A DNA stretch of 63,336 nucleotides, counting the filler, from Octopus bimaculoides (lineage: Eukaryota), in NCBI RefSeq assembly GCF_001194135.2. It is 9 parts of 7 records of this genome, joined end to end, with 100 filler letters (N's around TTAATTAATTAA, not from the genome) between each part and the next. Parts side by side here need not be neighbours in the genome. Positions count along the whole stretch, not along the records: positions 5,498 to 16,808 come from NC_068989.1; positions 16,909 to 33,280 come from NC_068988.1; 7 more parts are not named here. One strand, given 5' to 3'. The notes beneath the pieces are model-generated. The model was given only the letters and a program-made list of their open reading frames with translations. It was not told the DNA's origin and made no database searches. This document shows positions 12,601 to 25,855 of the stretch, in pieces. Made by a program: the position numbers and the translations under genes. Position 1 is the stretch's first letter. Each line of letters begins with the position of its first letter.

Positions 12601-14417
12601 AAGCTTTAGTGTCTGTATGACGGAACCGTATGTATTGAGTATATATTGAATTTAATTCTTTTGTGGTAGCTAATCTGTAACCGAACGAATTATTGGAGGT
12701 TTCAGGCCCAGAAGTCATACAATAAAGAATTAAGTGTGATTAAATGGCAGAAAGATCGACCGCGTGAATGCCACACTATGGCCAGTGAGACAAACTCTGC
12801 AAATCAAAACAACCATTTAGAATTAGTCTTTATTAAGTCATTCACTGATGAATGACGGATGGAGATAGCCTTTCATAGAGGTATCAATAAAATGTGTGTG
12901 TATGTATGTATGTATGTATGTATGTATGTATGTATGTATTATTATCTCTATCCTTGTTTTTCTTTCTCTTTTGTCTTTCTTTTCTTTATTCCTCCCTTCC
13001 TGTTTTTTCTTTTTTTTTTATTATTTTATCATGTCTTCTTATTTACTTCTCTTCTTTTTTCTCTTTCTTATTCCTCTCTTCTTGTTTTCGATTTGACCTT
13101 ACTAATAGGTCACTTTACTTTTAGGTCACTTTAAATAAAACCCTTGATTCAATAACACTGTGTATAAACCCTATACTGGGAATGACCAATTTTAAATACT
13201 ATTGGGTTTTACTCACAAGGTATCGGAATCTTATATGTCTACCATTCTGCCTAAATAATGGATCTACAAATGCAATATCCCTGCATATCTCACATCTATT
13301 TTCATTCCTCCGCTTCACTCTCTATTTCGTATCTTATCTAAATTAACTATTGCTTAAATATCTTCTCACACCGTCTCCAATGAAGGGATATAATAAATAT
13401 CCTGGAAACAGCTGTAAGACCTTCTATTTATAAATGTTCTAAAATCTACACAGCCTTAGTTTTTTTTTATCTCACTACGAAAAAAATTTATATATATATA
13501 TATATATGTATATATATGTATGTATGTATGTATATNNNNNNNNNNNNNNNNNNNNNNNNNNNNNNNNNNNNNNNNNNNNNNNNNNNNNNNNNNNNNNNNN
13601 NNNNNNNNNNNNNNNNNNNNNNNNNNNNNNNNNNNNNNNNNNNNNNNNNNNNNNNNNNNNNNNNNNNNNNNNNNNNNNNNNNNNNNNNNNNNNNNNNNNN
13701 NNNNNNNNNNNNNNNNNNNNNNNNNNNNNNNNNNNNNNNNNNNNNNNNNNNNNNNNNNNNNNNNNNNNNNNNNNNNNNNNNNNNNNNNNNNNNNNNNNNN
13801 NNNNNNNNNNNNNNNNNNNNNNNNNNNNNNNNNNNNNNNNNNNNNNNNNNNNNNNNNNNNNNNNNNNNNNNNNNNNNNNNNNNNNNNNNNNNNNNNNNNN
13901 NNNNNNNNNNNNNNNNNNNNNNNNNNNNNNNNNNNNNNNNNNNNNNNNNNNNNNNNNNNNNNNNNNNNNNNNNNNNNNNNNNNNNNNNNNNNNNNNNNNN
14001 NNNNNNNNNNNNNNNNNNNNNNNNNNNNNNNNNNNNNNNNNNNNNNNNNNNNNNNNNNNNNNNNNNNNNNNNNNNNNNNNNNNNNNNNNNNNNNNNNNNN
14101 NNNNNNNNNNNNNNNNNNNNNNNNNNNNNNNNNNNNNNNNNNNNNNNNNNNNNNNNNNNNNNNNNNNNNNNNNNNNNNNNNNNNNNNNNNNNNNNNNNNN
14201 NNNNNNNNNNNNNNNNNNNNNNNNNNNNNNNNNNNNNNNNNNNNNNNNNNNNNNNNNNNNNNNNNNNNNNNNNNNNNNNNNNNNNNNNNNNNNNNNNNNN
14301 NNNNNNNNNNNNNNNNNNNNNNNNNNNNNNNNNNNNNNNNNNNNNNNNNNNNNNNNNNNNNNNNNNNNNNNNNNNNNNNNNNNNNNNNNNNNNNNNNNNN
14401 NNNNNNNNNNNNNNNNN

Positions 14418-14451
<34 letters not shown>

Positions 14452-14749
14452 CATATAATAAGCACAACGCGCGTGCGCTCATATACATAAATTGTAGAAA
14501 TATTTTTTATTCTATTACTTTTGGAAGTATATATATTTTTTTCGTGCATGTGTACACATGTGTGATCGTGTGTATGCATATACGCCAGTGGGCGTGTCTG
14601 TGCATATACATATACATAAAATTCACTGTGTGTGTGTTTTCTCTATGCACGTTCAAACCGCTAGATCAATCCGTATAAAATTTGGCATGAACGTTTTTCA
14701 TTACTCGAGGAAGGTTCTAATATATATATATGAATATGTATAGTTGGAA

Positions 14750-14875
14750 TTTAGAGAAAAACAAAAGACTAAGACAGGTATATGAACAATAAGTAAGTGT
14801 ATTAGTTTGACGTTCGAGAAAAATTAAAAAGTCCTTTACATTTCGAGCCTACGCTCTTTAACAGAAAGGAAGAAG
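14750..14875 (-). mobile_element. Short dispersed repeat with variant hammerhead core (copy 3, more decayed)
   Basis: Reverse complement CTTTCTGTTAAAGAGCGTAGGCTCGAAATGTAAAGGAC; flanks colinear with the other two copies. Confidence 0.65.
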
Positions 14876-14934
14876 AGAAAATGAGATTTCAGCGATCCAG
14901 CATGGCGAATATATATATATATATATATGATGCC

Positions 14935-15605
14935 CGTCCACTCCTGACTGACGAAGACCATTGCTGACCTTCAGGAACATTGTGCGCTCTAGGACTAACT
15001 TATATTTTGCATTTGCGGCTCCGCTGGTGGCTAATGAGCCCTGCTCTTGGCAAGCATACACGACTGCAAACGTTGTAGACCAAGCTTTCCCCATTCACTA
15101 TACGAGCCGTGCGCTTTCGCGCAGCTCACGTAAGCTCTTCATGCTGGATACGTGCTCTCTCAAAAGTGTTGATCCCCTCCTTAACCTGTTTCCTCCATCT
15201 GTGGCGATGACAGGCATTGTTCTCCCAGTCAGTCTCCTGCATATCATAGACCTTTAATGAGGACTTGACACAGTCCTTGAATCGCAGCCTTGGTTTCTGC
15301 TGGGGTCTCTTTCCACTAACAAGTTCCCCATATAGCATCTGCTTAGGGTTCCTGCTATCCTTCATTCTAATAAGGTGTCCAGTCCAACATAACCGGTGCT
15401 TGTGCACCATCGCCTCAATATTCAAGATATCAGCTGTCCTCAGGACCTGTGGGTCTAGGGGTTTTTAAGTTCCAGCCAACATTCAAAATGTGTCTGAAAC
15501 ATCTCTGATGAAAGCGTTCAAGGACCCTTACATGACATTTGTAAAGGGCCCATGTCTCACATGAATAAAGGTGTGATGTCAATACACATGCACGGTACAC
15601 AGCGG
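14935..15605 (-). mobile_element. RTE-clade LINE 3' fragment
   Basis: YRACVLTSHLYSCETWALY and HRLCWTGHLIRMKDSRNPKQMLYGELVSGKRPQQKPRLRFKD, typical RTE C-terminus. Confidence 0.85.
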
Positions 15606-16174
15606 AAGGATCATACACACACACACACACACATACACACACACGCACACACACACACACACATATATATGTATGTATGTATATATGTATGTATGTATAT
15701 ATGTATGTATATATATATATGTATGTGTGTGTAGGTCTGTATGTGTAGGTGTGTGTGATTATGGACGTGGTCGTGTGGATGAGGAGGTTGATTCTCAGTC
15801 TTGTGGTTTTAGTCACTGTCCCACTGCAAAGCATCTTGAGCCAGGGTTGTCTACTATATCTCCGGGTTGATCAAAGCCTTCTACGGAAACTGTAACGAAG
15901 TCCGTAATACATACATGCATGTACTTTTATATTTGCATTCATGTGTATGTATGCGCGTGCGCGTTTGACCGCGCTATTAGTAGATGACCAGTGTTGGGCT
16001 ATTTGCGTGCCTTTAACTTAACTGTTTGGCAAAAGAGACCAATGGCTTAAATAACGGGTATAAAATAAAAATAGTAGTAGGGTTGATTTGTTCGATGAAA
16101 CCCTTGAAAGCGGTGCCCCAGCATGGTCGCTTTCCAATGACTAAAACAAGTAAAGGATAAAATGTGTGTGTGTG

Positions 16175-16209
<35 letters not shown>

Positions 16210-16908
16210 TTTGTGTGTGGGTGTATTGTATTTAATTCAATAACAATATCTTTGAAAGACAAAATATTAAAAAAAATATTTTCTAAAAAAAAAAATGTTA
16301 ATTATAGAAAAATGCATTTTTTTNNNNNNNNNNNNNNNNNNNNNNNNNNNNNNNNNNNNNNNNNNNNNNNNNNNNNNNNNNNNNNNNNNNNNNNNNNNNN
16401 NNNNNNNNNNNNNNNNNNNNNNNGCTTACAATTGTCAAGTATTACCTCTAAATTTCAATTTACCTACGTATATTTACATATATATATTTGTATGTATGCA
16501 TGTATGTATGTAGGTATGAATATATGCATACTGACGCATACAGTGTGCATGTGTATGTATGTGCATGCTTGTGTGTGTAATTCTGAACCTAAAAGCACTT
16601 GAGTGTATATAGAGGGAATCAAGTTTTTGATCTCACAGATGCTACACGAACCTCTGAACGATTTGTTCAATAAGTTCGAAATTAAAATGTGTTGAGTCAA
16701 ATTGAGTTCTTTAGTTTGTTTCTGTATATTTTCTAAGTAGAATTTAAATAAAGAGAAACTGTACAGAAGGCCATTGTACACCTACATCGATATATATATA
16801 TATATATANNNNNNNNNNNNNNNNNNNNNNNNNNNNNNNNNNNNNNNNNNNNTTAATTAATTAANNNNNNNNNNNNNNNNNNNNNNNNNNNNNNNNNNNN
16901 NNNNNNNN

Positions 16909-17590
16909 ATCCGTAGGAAATCGACGACCTCGTAAACCACCTTTGAACGGTCCAAAGATATGATAATCGGAAGGAGCGAAATCTAGTCTGTAGGCAGAGT
17001 GTTCCGACACCTCAAGGCCCAATTGGTTAATGATTTTAACGGTCTGGGCGGCCGGGTGTGGGCGTGCATTGTCATACAACAGCAAAACTTTCTTCGACAA
17101 TAGGCTTCGACGTTTGGTGCGAATTTCTGGCTTCAGTTTGTTGGCCAGCACAGCACTGTATCTTGCACTGTTGATCGTACACCCGTTTTCCAGGTAGTCT
17201 TCCAGTATAGGCCCTTTTGAGTCCCCCAAAAATGTTATCATCACCTTTCCCACAAAAGACTGGGTCTTGAATTTCTTCGTCGCTGGCGAGCCAGGATGTT
17301 TCCACTCCATACTCTGTCTTTTGGATTCTCATAATGAATTTCAGCACGTGACACACCTTCCGACCAGAGAAATCAGATCACTGCTCTTTTCTCTCCTTTG
17401 GTACACCATTGCTAGTGGTGCTGCCATGCTTAAACTGTAAAGCTAGAAAGAAAAATGACACGATTAGACTCAAACCTCGATCACGTGATGGCAATAGTAC
17501 CAACTATAAGCACGCATGCGTAGAAAGCAGTGAGGACAATAATAAAGATATATTATGGGAAATGTACGGATGACTTTTGACTTCCCCTCG
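16909..17590 (-). mobile_element. Mariner transposon, internally deleted
   Basis: EWKHPGSP..KVMITF..LLYDNARPH..LDFAPSDYHIF catalytic region; degenerate N-terminus from ~17428 fused directly to it; TIR CGAGGGGAAGTCAAAAGT ending at 17590 next to TA. Confidence 0.9.
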
Positions 17591-17791
17591 TATATATATA
17601 TATATATATATAAAGACGCGTAGGTGTGACTGTGTGGTAAGAAGTTTGCTTGCCAAGTACATTATATGTATGCATGTTGAAATATTCTTCTGTTTAATAT
17701 TAAGTTGCTTTTATGAATAACTCGATATAAAAACAAACGCTAATGTATTTGTGTGTGTGTGTGTGNNNNNNNNNNAACAAACGCTAATGTA

Positions 17792-17829
<38 letters not shown>

Positions 17830-18064
17830 TGTATGTGTGCGCTCGCGCTTGCCCGTGTGTGTGCGTGCGTGTGTTAATGTTTGCTTTTATATTATATTAA
17901 GTGAAATATAAAAGCAATTTAACATTAAACTAAAGAACTACTCTAAACATTTTAGTTGAGTAAATGTTTATTAAATTTCTCAAAAGAAGGGTGAGAGTGA
18001 CTTCGAAGCTTGAGTCTACCACGCTGTTAACAAATACAGTTCGTATAACAAATATATATATATT

Positions 18065-18380
18065 CTTTTATTCTTTCATTTGGTTCAGCCATTTGACTGC
18101 GGCCATGCTGGTGCTCCGCCTTTAGTCGAGCAAATCGACCCTAGGGCTTATTCTTTGTAAGCCTAGTACTTATTCTATCAGTCTCTTTTGCCGAACCGCT
18201 AAGTTACGGGAACGTATACACACCGACATCGGTTGTCAAGCGATGGTGAGGGGACAAACACAGACACACATACATACACACACACAAATATATATATATA
18301 TATATATACAACGGACTTCTTTCAGTTTCCGGGTTCAGTCTCACTGCGTGACACCTTGGGCAAGTGTCTTCTACTATAGC
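18065..18380 (-). mobile_element. SINE family A (further fragments at 6315-6390 -, 16085-16160 +, 17620-17658 +, 18744-18820 +, 19140-19270 -, 39692-39833 +, 42585-42825 -, 58595-58795 +)
   Basis: Shared blocks GACTAAAGGCGGTGCTCCAGCATGGCCGCAGTCAAATGACTGAAACAAG and AAGACACTTGCCCAAGG. Confidence 0.8.
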
Positions 18381-20460
18381 NNNNNNNNNNNNNNNNNNNN
18401 NNNNNNNNNNNNNNNNNNNNNNNNNNNNNNNNNNNNNNNNNNNNNNNNNNNNNNNNNNNNNNNNNNNNNNNNNNNNNNNNNNNNNNNNNNNNNNNNNNNN
18501 NNNNNNNNNNNNNNNNNNNNNNNNNNNNNNNNNNNNNNNNNNNNNNNNNNNNNNNNNNNNNNNNNNNNNNNNNNNNNNNNNNNNNNNNNNNNNNNNNNNN
18601 NNNNNNNNNNNNNNNNNNNNNNNNNNNNNNNNNNNNNNNNNNNNNNNNNNNNNNNNNNNNNNNNNNNNNNNNNNNNNNNNNNNNNNNNNNNNNNNNNNNN
18701 NNNNNNNNNNNNNNNNNNNNNNNNNNNNNNNNNNNNNNNNNNNTTGCTTGACTAAAGGCGGTGCCCCAGCATGGCCACAATCAAATGACTGAAACAAGTA
18801 AAAGAGTAAAGAGAGAGTATACACCAAAAGATTCATCATTGATGAGAATGACAGTGCATAAATCAAATTTTAAATTTTATTTTAATCTTTATTCTTAATT
18901 TTAATTTTTTATTTTTAATTATAATTATAATCACTATGTTTTAAACTTTTTTCTTACATTTTTGCATTGTTTTTCGAAACGTACGTATGCATTGAATCCA
19001 GTTTTATAATAAATCTATTTCTGTTTCAACATCTTCCCTCCATTTTTTTATCCTTGTTTATAGTATAATCTTATACCAATAACGAATCTCCTCAAATATG
19101 TACGTATGCATGTATGTATGTATTATGTATGTATGTATACCACAGGCCTCCACACAGTTTCTCACCATGGCGCGAGTCTATAGTAGAAGACACTTGCCTC
19201 GCAGTGGGACTGAACCCGAAACGAAGTGGCTTTGATCAAAATTCTTTACCACACAGCTATGCCTGCACCTAGTCATGTCTGAAATTAACCATGCATGAAA
19301 GAAATTATATAATTTTCATGGCGTCGAAAAGAAACAGATTGAAGAGAGACATCTATAAATGGCTATTACAATTCATATCGGTGCCTGTATAAAGGTTTCG
19401 ATAGGAAGAAGTTTTCTTTCCTTTTTCTTTTTTCTTCTCTTCTTTTCTTTTCTTTTTTTTTTTTTCGTTTCGTTGAATTAATCTATAAATACAAAAGATA
19501 TTCTACATATTTACGTTCAGAACCTGACTACTGCCGATGAAAGCAAACCAGCGGCAAAGACAAGCTTGCGATAATAGTTTCACAACAGCTATTCATTGGC
19601 TACTTCAGGTTTGCATGAAATAACAAAGACCTGAACGGGTTGAGAAACATCATTGAAGGCTTTCGATAACAGTATTTATGCTTTAACTTGTATAGACACG
19701 ACTTATGTGAAAGTATCGTCTGATGTTTCTTGGAAGAAAGGACATAAAAAGCAAAAGGATGGTGGTGGGGGGAGATGTATAATAGTTAGATGTACAGTGG
19801 ATTTGTTACTGCTACAGCATGTATATTTCGGTTATCAAAACCTATAAACAAACACGCAAACAAAAGCAAGTGGTATATATATGTTCCGAGAAAGAAAAGA
19901 AAAAGAAAATAGTTATAATAATAATATTAGGAAAGATGAAGAAAAATGCTTGTCACTACATGGAGAAATTGAGATAGACATGAAAAGAACTTAAGATGGA
20001 TGACTTATGGAATTTGTTATGCAATAAATACTTGGAAAAGGTAAAATAAAATCAAGGAAGTTTTTCCAACAAGCTGTCTCAGATGAATGATGCAGAGCGA
20101 GATGTTAGGAAATATATTCGCCATTCTGGAGACATGAAAATGTGTCTTCTTTACAGAGAAAATATTTTATATATTTAGTTGCATAATTTGTAAAAAAAAA
20201 AAAAAAAATTGCTACTGAAGGTATGTTCTATCTGAATATTCCAACAGGAATTTCTACATGCTAGAAACAGCAGCCAAATTTCGATCAAAGCTATATCTTG
20301 CCGTCGAGATATATGAATTGGACTCATTAGATGAAAGGACTATGGAGATACAACATCAGAAAATATGACGGTTAATCATGGATGGAACGCCTCTGGACAT
20401 TGAGTCCATTCATTCAATGTTCACCTTCGGCTAAAGAAGAAGAAGAAGAAGAAGAAGAAG

Positions 20461-20500
<40 letters not shown>

Positions 20501-21944
20501 ACAACAACAACAACAACGACAACAACAACAACAACGACGACGACGACGACGAAGACGACAATAACAATGGCATATTTAGATTTAAATTCGTTTCTTTCTA
20601 TTGATGGTACAGGACCTGAAGTTTTCAGTGCAAGGGGATAGTCCATTACATTGACACTAATCATCAACTGGTACTTATTATATCGATCTCAAAGAGGATT
20701 AAAAGCAGAGTTGACCTCGACGTTATTTGAACTCAGAACATAAAACCGGAACAAACACCGCTAAGTATTTTGTTCAATATGCTAAAGATTCTTCTAATTT
20801 GCCGCCTGTGTTATCTAGATTTAAAACTTCGAGGAACTATTAACTACAGATTCTACAAGACATGGGTTGGACACCAGTGCACCATTCAACCAAACAATAT
20901 CGGTTTTAAATTCGGCAGAAGGCCAACAATTTCGATAGAGTGGGATAAGGCGATTACATCGACCCTGGTACTCAACTGCTACTTGTTTTATCGACCCCGA
21001 AACGATGAAAGCTAAAGTCGACCACGGAGGAGTTTGATCTCACAACATAAAGACAGCCGAAATACCGCTAAGTATTTCTCCCAGCGCGCTAACGATTCTG
21101 CCAACTCGCCGTCTTATTGAGCTAAACGATATTGGTTCGAAATTTAGGCATAAGACCTGAATGTTTTTTGGGTAGTAGGGATTAAGTCGGTTACATCGAC
21201 TCCAGTGTTCAACTGGGACTTATTTTATCGACCCCAAAAGGATTAAAAAGGTAAAGTCGACCTCGGCGAAATTTGACCCCAGAACGTAAAGACGAATGAA
21301 ATGCCGATAAGCATTTCGCCAGCTTGCCGCCTGATTCGACCAAACAATATTAATGTCTCCTTATTTTTCTATGACTCATAAAGCTGGTTACTCGGTTTAC
21401 ATGGTGTATGACTGACCGTGATCACAACAAGCCCCTTGACAGAGTCGTTGGTCTCTTGCAGAGTTCAAGTCCAGTAATTTTAAGGGTAAGGGACCAAGTC
21501 GATTACATCGATCGTATTACTTGACTGGTACCTTTCTTCAAGCCCTGAGGCTTGACTGGTAACGTCGACTCCAGACTGTAAAATATCGGAAGAAATATCA
21601 ATAAGCGTTTTGTCCGACACGCTAACGATTTTGTCAGTTCGACGCTACTTTTAGCATCACGCTAAACTTTGCCAATATCAACAAGTGATGCGTTATTTAA
21701 TCATACCCAAATCTAGTGAAATAAAAGCTTATGTTAACTGCGGCAGGATTCGAAACAGAACAGAAACAGAATGCAACCAAACACAAAGAGACATTTATTT
21801 TATCTAACGCTCTTGTATCGATGCTGTTAATCCACCGTCCCCTTTCTTACTTTGCGTTAATTATTGATACACTGCTGACGTAAACATCCAATAACGCTGT
21901 TAATGTTTTGTTAATTAGTACACAGATGAATCATTATTTCAAAT

Positions 21945-22010
<66 letters not shown>

Positions 22011-22769
22011 TAGAAGAAGAAGAAGAAGAAGAAGAAGAAGAAGAAGAAGAAGAAGAAGAAGAAGAAGAAGAAGAACGGTGTTGTTATTTGCTTTGTTTTA
22101 TTTTAATTGTAAAGTTCATTACATTCATAAATATTATGATAATCTGTGAAAGTTTTCAATAAGGGACGAGAGTTAGGAAAGAAACAATTAAACATAAAAT
22201 TCTTCGCATAAAATATTTGATAATATTTGTTCTTCGCTTTCTTTTCCCCCTCCTTCTCCTTCTCTTCTTCCTCGTATCTTTGCCTTGGAAAATTGATATG
22301 ATTAAATTAAACTCTATTTGAAGTAATTAGTCGCTATAATTGTCAAGGTTTTGAAAGAAAGCAAAAACTTAAGTCGGTGTTGGGTAAGTGAGGAATAATT
22401 ATGAAAAATTATATTGGAACTAATTGAAAAATCAAACAAAGTCTTTAAAAAGACACCAAGATAAAGCAATTGTATATCTTGTAATCAATACCACAATAAC
22501 AATAACCAATCAGAAGAATATTTTTCTGTCTTGTGTGTTAGAACCACAGAAATCTAATCAGTTTGTGATGGTGACGACGACGGTACTAATGATGATAGAA
22601 GTTGTAATAATTAGATATGCTTTAGGCACAAGGCGAGCGATTTTTAGGGGAGAGAGATCTTAATCGATGTCATCGAGCCCAGTATATAGCTGGTAGTTAA
22701 TTTTCTCAATCCAGGAAGGATGAAAGGAAAAATTGACTTCGATGCGATTTGAAATCAGAATGGATACAG

Positions 22770-23074
22770 TAGTTGTATGCTGTCAACTTAATGTGACAGT
22801 CCCCTGAAGGGAATAGTACTACTGTTGGTTAGACCTAGGAAGCTGCACAGCTTCCTGCCGGCCTTGACACATTTCCTGTGTCCTTATTATGACTCAGAAA
22901 CAAGTCTCTGGATGCAGGCTTAGCTGGGTGGAGGTGGTTGTCTCTCTCTTGTAAACATAAGGACACAGGAAATGTGTCAAAGCCGACAGGAAGCGGTGCA
23001 GCTTCCTAGGTCTAACCAACAGTAGTATTATTCCCTTCAGGGGAGTGTCACATTAAGTTGACAGCATACAACTA
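22770..23074. mobile_element. MITE with ~120-bp near-perfect TIRs
   Basis: TAGTTGTATGCTGTCAACTTAATGTGACA... mirrored by ...TGTCACATTAAGTTGACAGCATACAACTA. Confidence 0.9.
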
Positions 23075-24239
23075 CTTCATCGTATCACTACTGCATAAAT
23101 TTCTCTGAGAGATTTAGAAATGTATTATTTCTAAAAAAGAATGGATACAGCTAGAAATACTGAAAGACATTTTTCCCGATACTTTAACGATTTCGTAATT
23201 GTTTCTGAAAAAAAAAAATGCACCAGTTCAGAAAGTTTGATTGGAGGGGATTTAGTCAATTGCGTCAACCAACCACTATACTTAGCTGGTACTTTATTAT
23301 ATCGACCCATGGAGGAAAGAAAGACTGATTTGAACACGGTGGGATTTTTCCAATGTTCAAACGGTTCTGCGATTCCAAATTTTGGCAGAGGACCAGGACT
23401 TTTACGGGAAGGGTAAAGTCAATTACATCGATTACATCAAATGGTACTTATTTTATCGACCTCGAAAGGATGAACAGCAACGTCTGCCTCGTCAGAATTT
23501 GAACTCGGAACGTAAAGACCGACAAAATGCCGCTGAGCGTTTTTCCCGGCGTACTAAAGATTCTGCCAGCTCGCCGCCTTTAATCGCCACTTTAATAATC
23601 TTTTCTAATTTAGTGTATTTTTTTTCCTTACAATAAAAATATAAAAGTTGCCCTTAAATTTGACCTTTGACCTTTCATAGCTCAAAAGGCGCGGTCAAAG
23701 TTTTTTTTGAAATTTTGTCCAAATACTGTCCTACTTAGTCATAACTCAAATAAAGAAATTCATACTGAGATTTCAATGGAAATTATTTTAATAATATATT
23801 TAGTGTGACAAGTAGTGACAAATTAACAAAAATCACTTACTAAGCAAGACAGTTTGAGTTTGAAGGAGAAAACAAAGTGCTAATAATCAAAACAAGCACT
23901 TTTAGTATTTCAGTAATAATGTTTGCTTTAATTGTAACTACTTTTAAGCTCTGCTATGGTCAATGGTAGGAATGCCACCGCCAACACTTTGAATCATCAG
24001 ACAAATTGTTTGCATCCCCATCGCCCAAGGGGCCACTTCTGGTAGCTTAGCAGATGAAACCACACGTCCCAACCTCCCACCCTTACATTGCTTTAAATGA
24101 TTTGGTACTTGTTAGATGAAATTCTGAAGTCTTTGAAATTTAATTAGACAATTTTCTTGAAATTAATAATTGTAATGCATTTTTCATTTCTTTTTCTGTC
24201 AAAGTATATGTTCTTCCTGTAGCAGTTCTGGGATCAAAT

Positions 24240-25620
24240 TTACAAAGGATATTTAAATAACCAACTGTTAAAACATAACAAATAAGAAACGAATATTACA
24301 AGAGATTAAGAGTCATACTAAAAGCGAACTCAACTCTAAAAATCACATCGAAGCCATTAATACCCTTCTAGTAGTCCAATACAGTTTTAACATCATTAAC
24401 TGGAATCTAAGGGCAAGCACCACCCAAATGCAGACGTTGATCGTCTGTACCTACCAAGAAATAATGGAGGTAGAGAAATGATGCAGGTAGAATTATGCTA
24501 TAAGACCCCCACAATAGCAATGAACAAGTATTTATCTACTACAGAGAACTGGATGCTGCGGCTTGTGTGAAAACACGGAAACAATGAGAAAATTACATTC
24601 TATTGTCATGGAAGCTTGCAAATTCCCGAGGGAACTCGGCATTAATCCCGAATTAGATGAAGAACCTGAGACCACTACCTTCAAACAATCAAAACGGACC
24701 AAACAGACTGCAGAAGCTTCTGCACGGACAGTATATACTTCGAAGCCGAAATGCTGATGTAGACCAAGCAACAACCCATCAGTGGCTGAGAAGCTGAGGA
24801 CTGAAAGCAGAAACTGAAGGTTTCATATTAGCGGCCCAAGATCGAAGTTTGGTTACTAAAGACTACCAAGCTAACGTTCTTCAAAACGGTTCTGACCTTA
24901 AATGCAGATTCTGCGATAAATTTGATGAAGCAATAGACCATCTCGTCTCGGGATGCCCTGTGCTGACACCAACGCATACAAAAATCGCCACAATAGGATA
25001 GGACAATATTTACATTGGAAAACATGTAAACACTACAAAATCAAATTCCTGCTTACTGGTACCAACATCATCCTGAGCCTGGCGTTGAAGGTAAAAATGT
25101 CACTATCTTCTGGGATTTTCCAGTCAACACTGGCAGAATGATCCAAGATAATCGACCAGACATAGTCATTAAAGACAGGGAAGAAAATACTTGTAGACTA
25201 ATAGATGTAAGTGTTCCCACTGATAAAAATATATCTGTAAAAGAATTTGACAAATTAAGTAAATATAAGGACCTGGAAATCAAAATACAAAAGATGTGGC
25301 ATCTTAAAGCGAAAACTTTTCCTGTTATTGCGGGTGCCCTTGGTATGATAAGAAAGGGAGGTCAAAAACATCTAGATGATATCCCAGGAGAACCATATCT
25401 CAGAGAAATTCAAAAGATTGTGCTGACAAGTACTGCCCACATCCTTAACAAAACTCTATCAATTTAAATGTCTGTGTTGTATTACAAGAAGATATTTCAC
25501 TACTTCCCCCACCCCCACCCAGAAGCTTTCAGTCACACTGTAACATCTCTTATCCTTCACTCGCCCTAGGACGTTGGGTGTGTCTCGGCAAGTGACTGTA
25601 ACAAACATGCAAATTAAAAG
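24240..25620 (+). mobile_element. R4/Dong-clade non-LTR retrotransposon 3' fragment, same subfamily as 3535-4590
   Basis: RPDIVIKDREENTCRLIDVSVPTDKNISVKEFDKLSKYKDL (PD-(D/E)xK RLE), LTSTAHILNKTLSI*; followed by an AAT/AAC/GAT array. Confidence 0.88.
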
Positions 25621-25660
25621 TAATAATAATGATGATAATAATAATAACAACAACAACAAT

Positions 25661-25693
<33 letters not shown>

Positions 25694-25724
25694 AATTATA
25701 ATAATAATAATAATAATGATGATG

Positions 25725-25795
<71 letters not shown>

Positions 25796-25855
25796 TACAA
25801 TAATAATGACAATGATAATGATAATCATAATAATGATGATAATAATAATAATCAT
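25620..25855. repeat. Compound AAT/AAC/GAT microsatellite
   Basis: Directly visible, abuts the R4/Dong 3' end. Confidence 0.95.

Noticed and set aside
19521-19608. Frame EPDYCR-TGA-KQTSGK as possible selenocysteine exon
   Set aside because: No known selenoprotein motif, no SECIS identified, and another frame explains the segment without readthrough.
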